A DNA stretch of 40,868 bases from Bacteroidales bacterium (lineage in GTDB: Bacteria > Bacteroidota > Bacteroidia > Bacteroidales > UBA932). The notes under the pieces were generated by a model. That model was not told the origin of the DNA and did not search any database. It saw nothing but the letters and a program-made list of their open reading frames with translations. The stretch lies in contig JAKSJT010000001.1 of the NCBI GenBank assembly GCA_024402125.1, forward strand, positions 1 through 40,868. The letters are read 5' to 3'. The position numbers and the translations under genes are program-made. Numbering within the stretch: position 1 is the first letter of the stretch; the number at the start of each line of letters is the position of its first letter. This document shows positions 40,352-40,868 of this stretch, in pieces.

Positions 40352-40868
40352 ATGAAGAGACTTCTATCATTCTTACTGCTTTTCGTTCCATTGTCTGCTA
40401 TGGCACAGCAAGTTATTGATACTCATGCCCACATGATCCCGCAGTCGTATCTCGATTGTCTGGCAAAGCATGGCGCATTGCTCGATGAGGATTTCCCCAT
40501 TCCACAGTGGAATATTGATGAGCATCTGCGGTTCATGGATGAAGCAGGTATAGGATGCTCTGTGCTTACCTTGCCAGCTCCGCAACCATGGTTCGGGGAT
40601 AGCGAGGAGAGCGCCCGTGTAATTCGTCAGGTGAATGAAGAGATGGCCGCCGTGAAAGCAGAGCACAAAGGAAGATTCATGTTTTGTGCAGCTTTGCCGT
40701 TGCCTGATGTTGAGGCTGCTGTTCGTGAGGCAGTATATGCGCTCGTTACGCTTCTTGCTGATGGTGTTAAACTTGCATCCAACAGCCGTGGGCTTTACCT
40801 TGGCGACCCTGCACTTGATCCCCTTATGGAGGTTCTAGATGAAAGAGGTGCAGTTATCATTACCCATC
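40352..40868 (+). CDS. Amidohydrolase-2 family protein (ACMSD/aromatic-acid decarboxylase-like), 3' truncated; not in ORF track
   Basis: MKRLLSFLLLFVPLSAMA-QQVIDTHAH (signal peptide + HxH metal motif), MDEAGI..SVL, GRF..CAALPLPD, DGVKLASN..G.YLGD...ITH; the frame stays open to the window end. Confidence 0.9.
   Translation, partial: MKRLLSFLLLFVPLSAMAQQVIDTHAHMIPQSYLDCLAKHGALLDEDFPIPQWNIDEHLRFMDEAGIGCSVLTLPAPQPWFGDSEESARVIRQVNEEMAAVKAEHKGRFMFCAALPLPDVEAAVREAVYALVTLLADGVKLASNSRGLYLGDPALDPLMEVLDERGAVIITH

Overview
Chromosomal window from a Bacteroidales bacterium (TAnnTTTG promoter boxes, AT-rich start contexts mostly without Shine-Dalgarno sequences, Bacteroidota-type gene families). 1-14.5 kb is housekeeping: a TolC/MFP/RND/PG0541-like efflux operon, trxA, an OM beta-barrel, a LOG protein, polyprenyl synthase, holB-ricT-gldH-trmB, and a convergent metK-miaA-smpB operon preceded by a SAM-II-type riboswitch and a candidate terminator. 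14.8-32.6 kb is the most interesting part: a SusD-less locus with two TonB-dependent receptors, four predicted surface lipoproteins built from shuffled OB-fold-like/BACON/beta-rich modules (one with a fimbrillin-like N-terminus, preceded by a 51-aa acidic YxxP peptide gene missing from the ORF track), a DRGH non-specific endonuclease and an EEP nuclease. This looks like an extracellular nucleic-acid capture and degradation system, with an M3 peptidase appended. 34.7-40.9 kb holds an orphan gene, two tandem CE1-like esterases and an AraC-flavodoxin-flavin reductase-amidohydrolase module with phased direct repeats. No rRNA, tRNA, CRISPR, transposase or integrase was seen. All family calls come from recognising motifs by eye; no database search was run.
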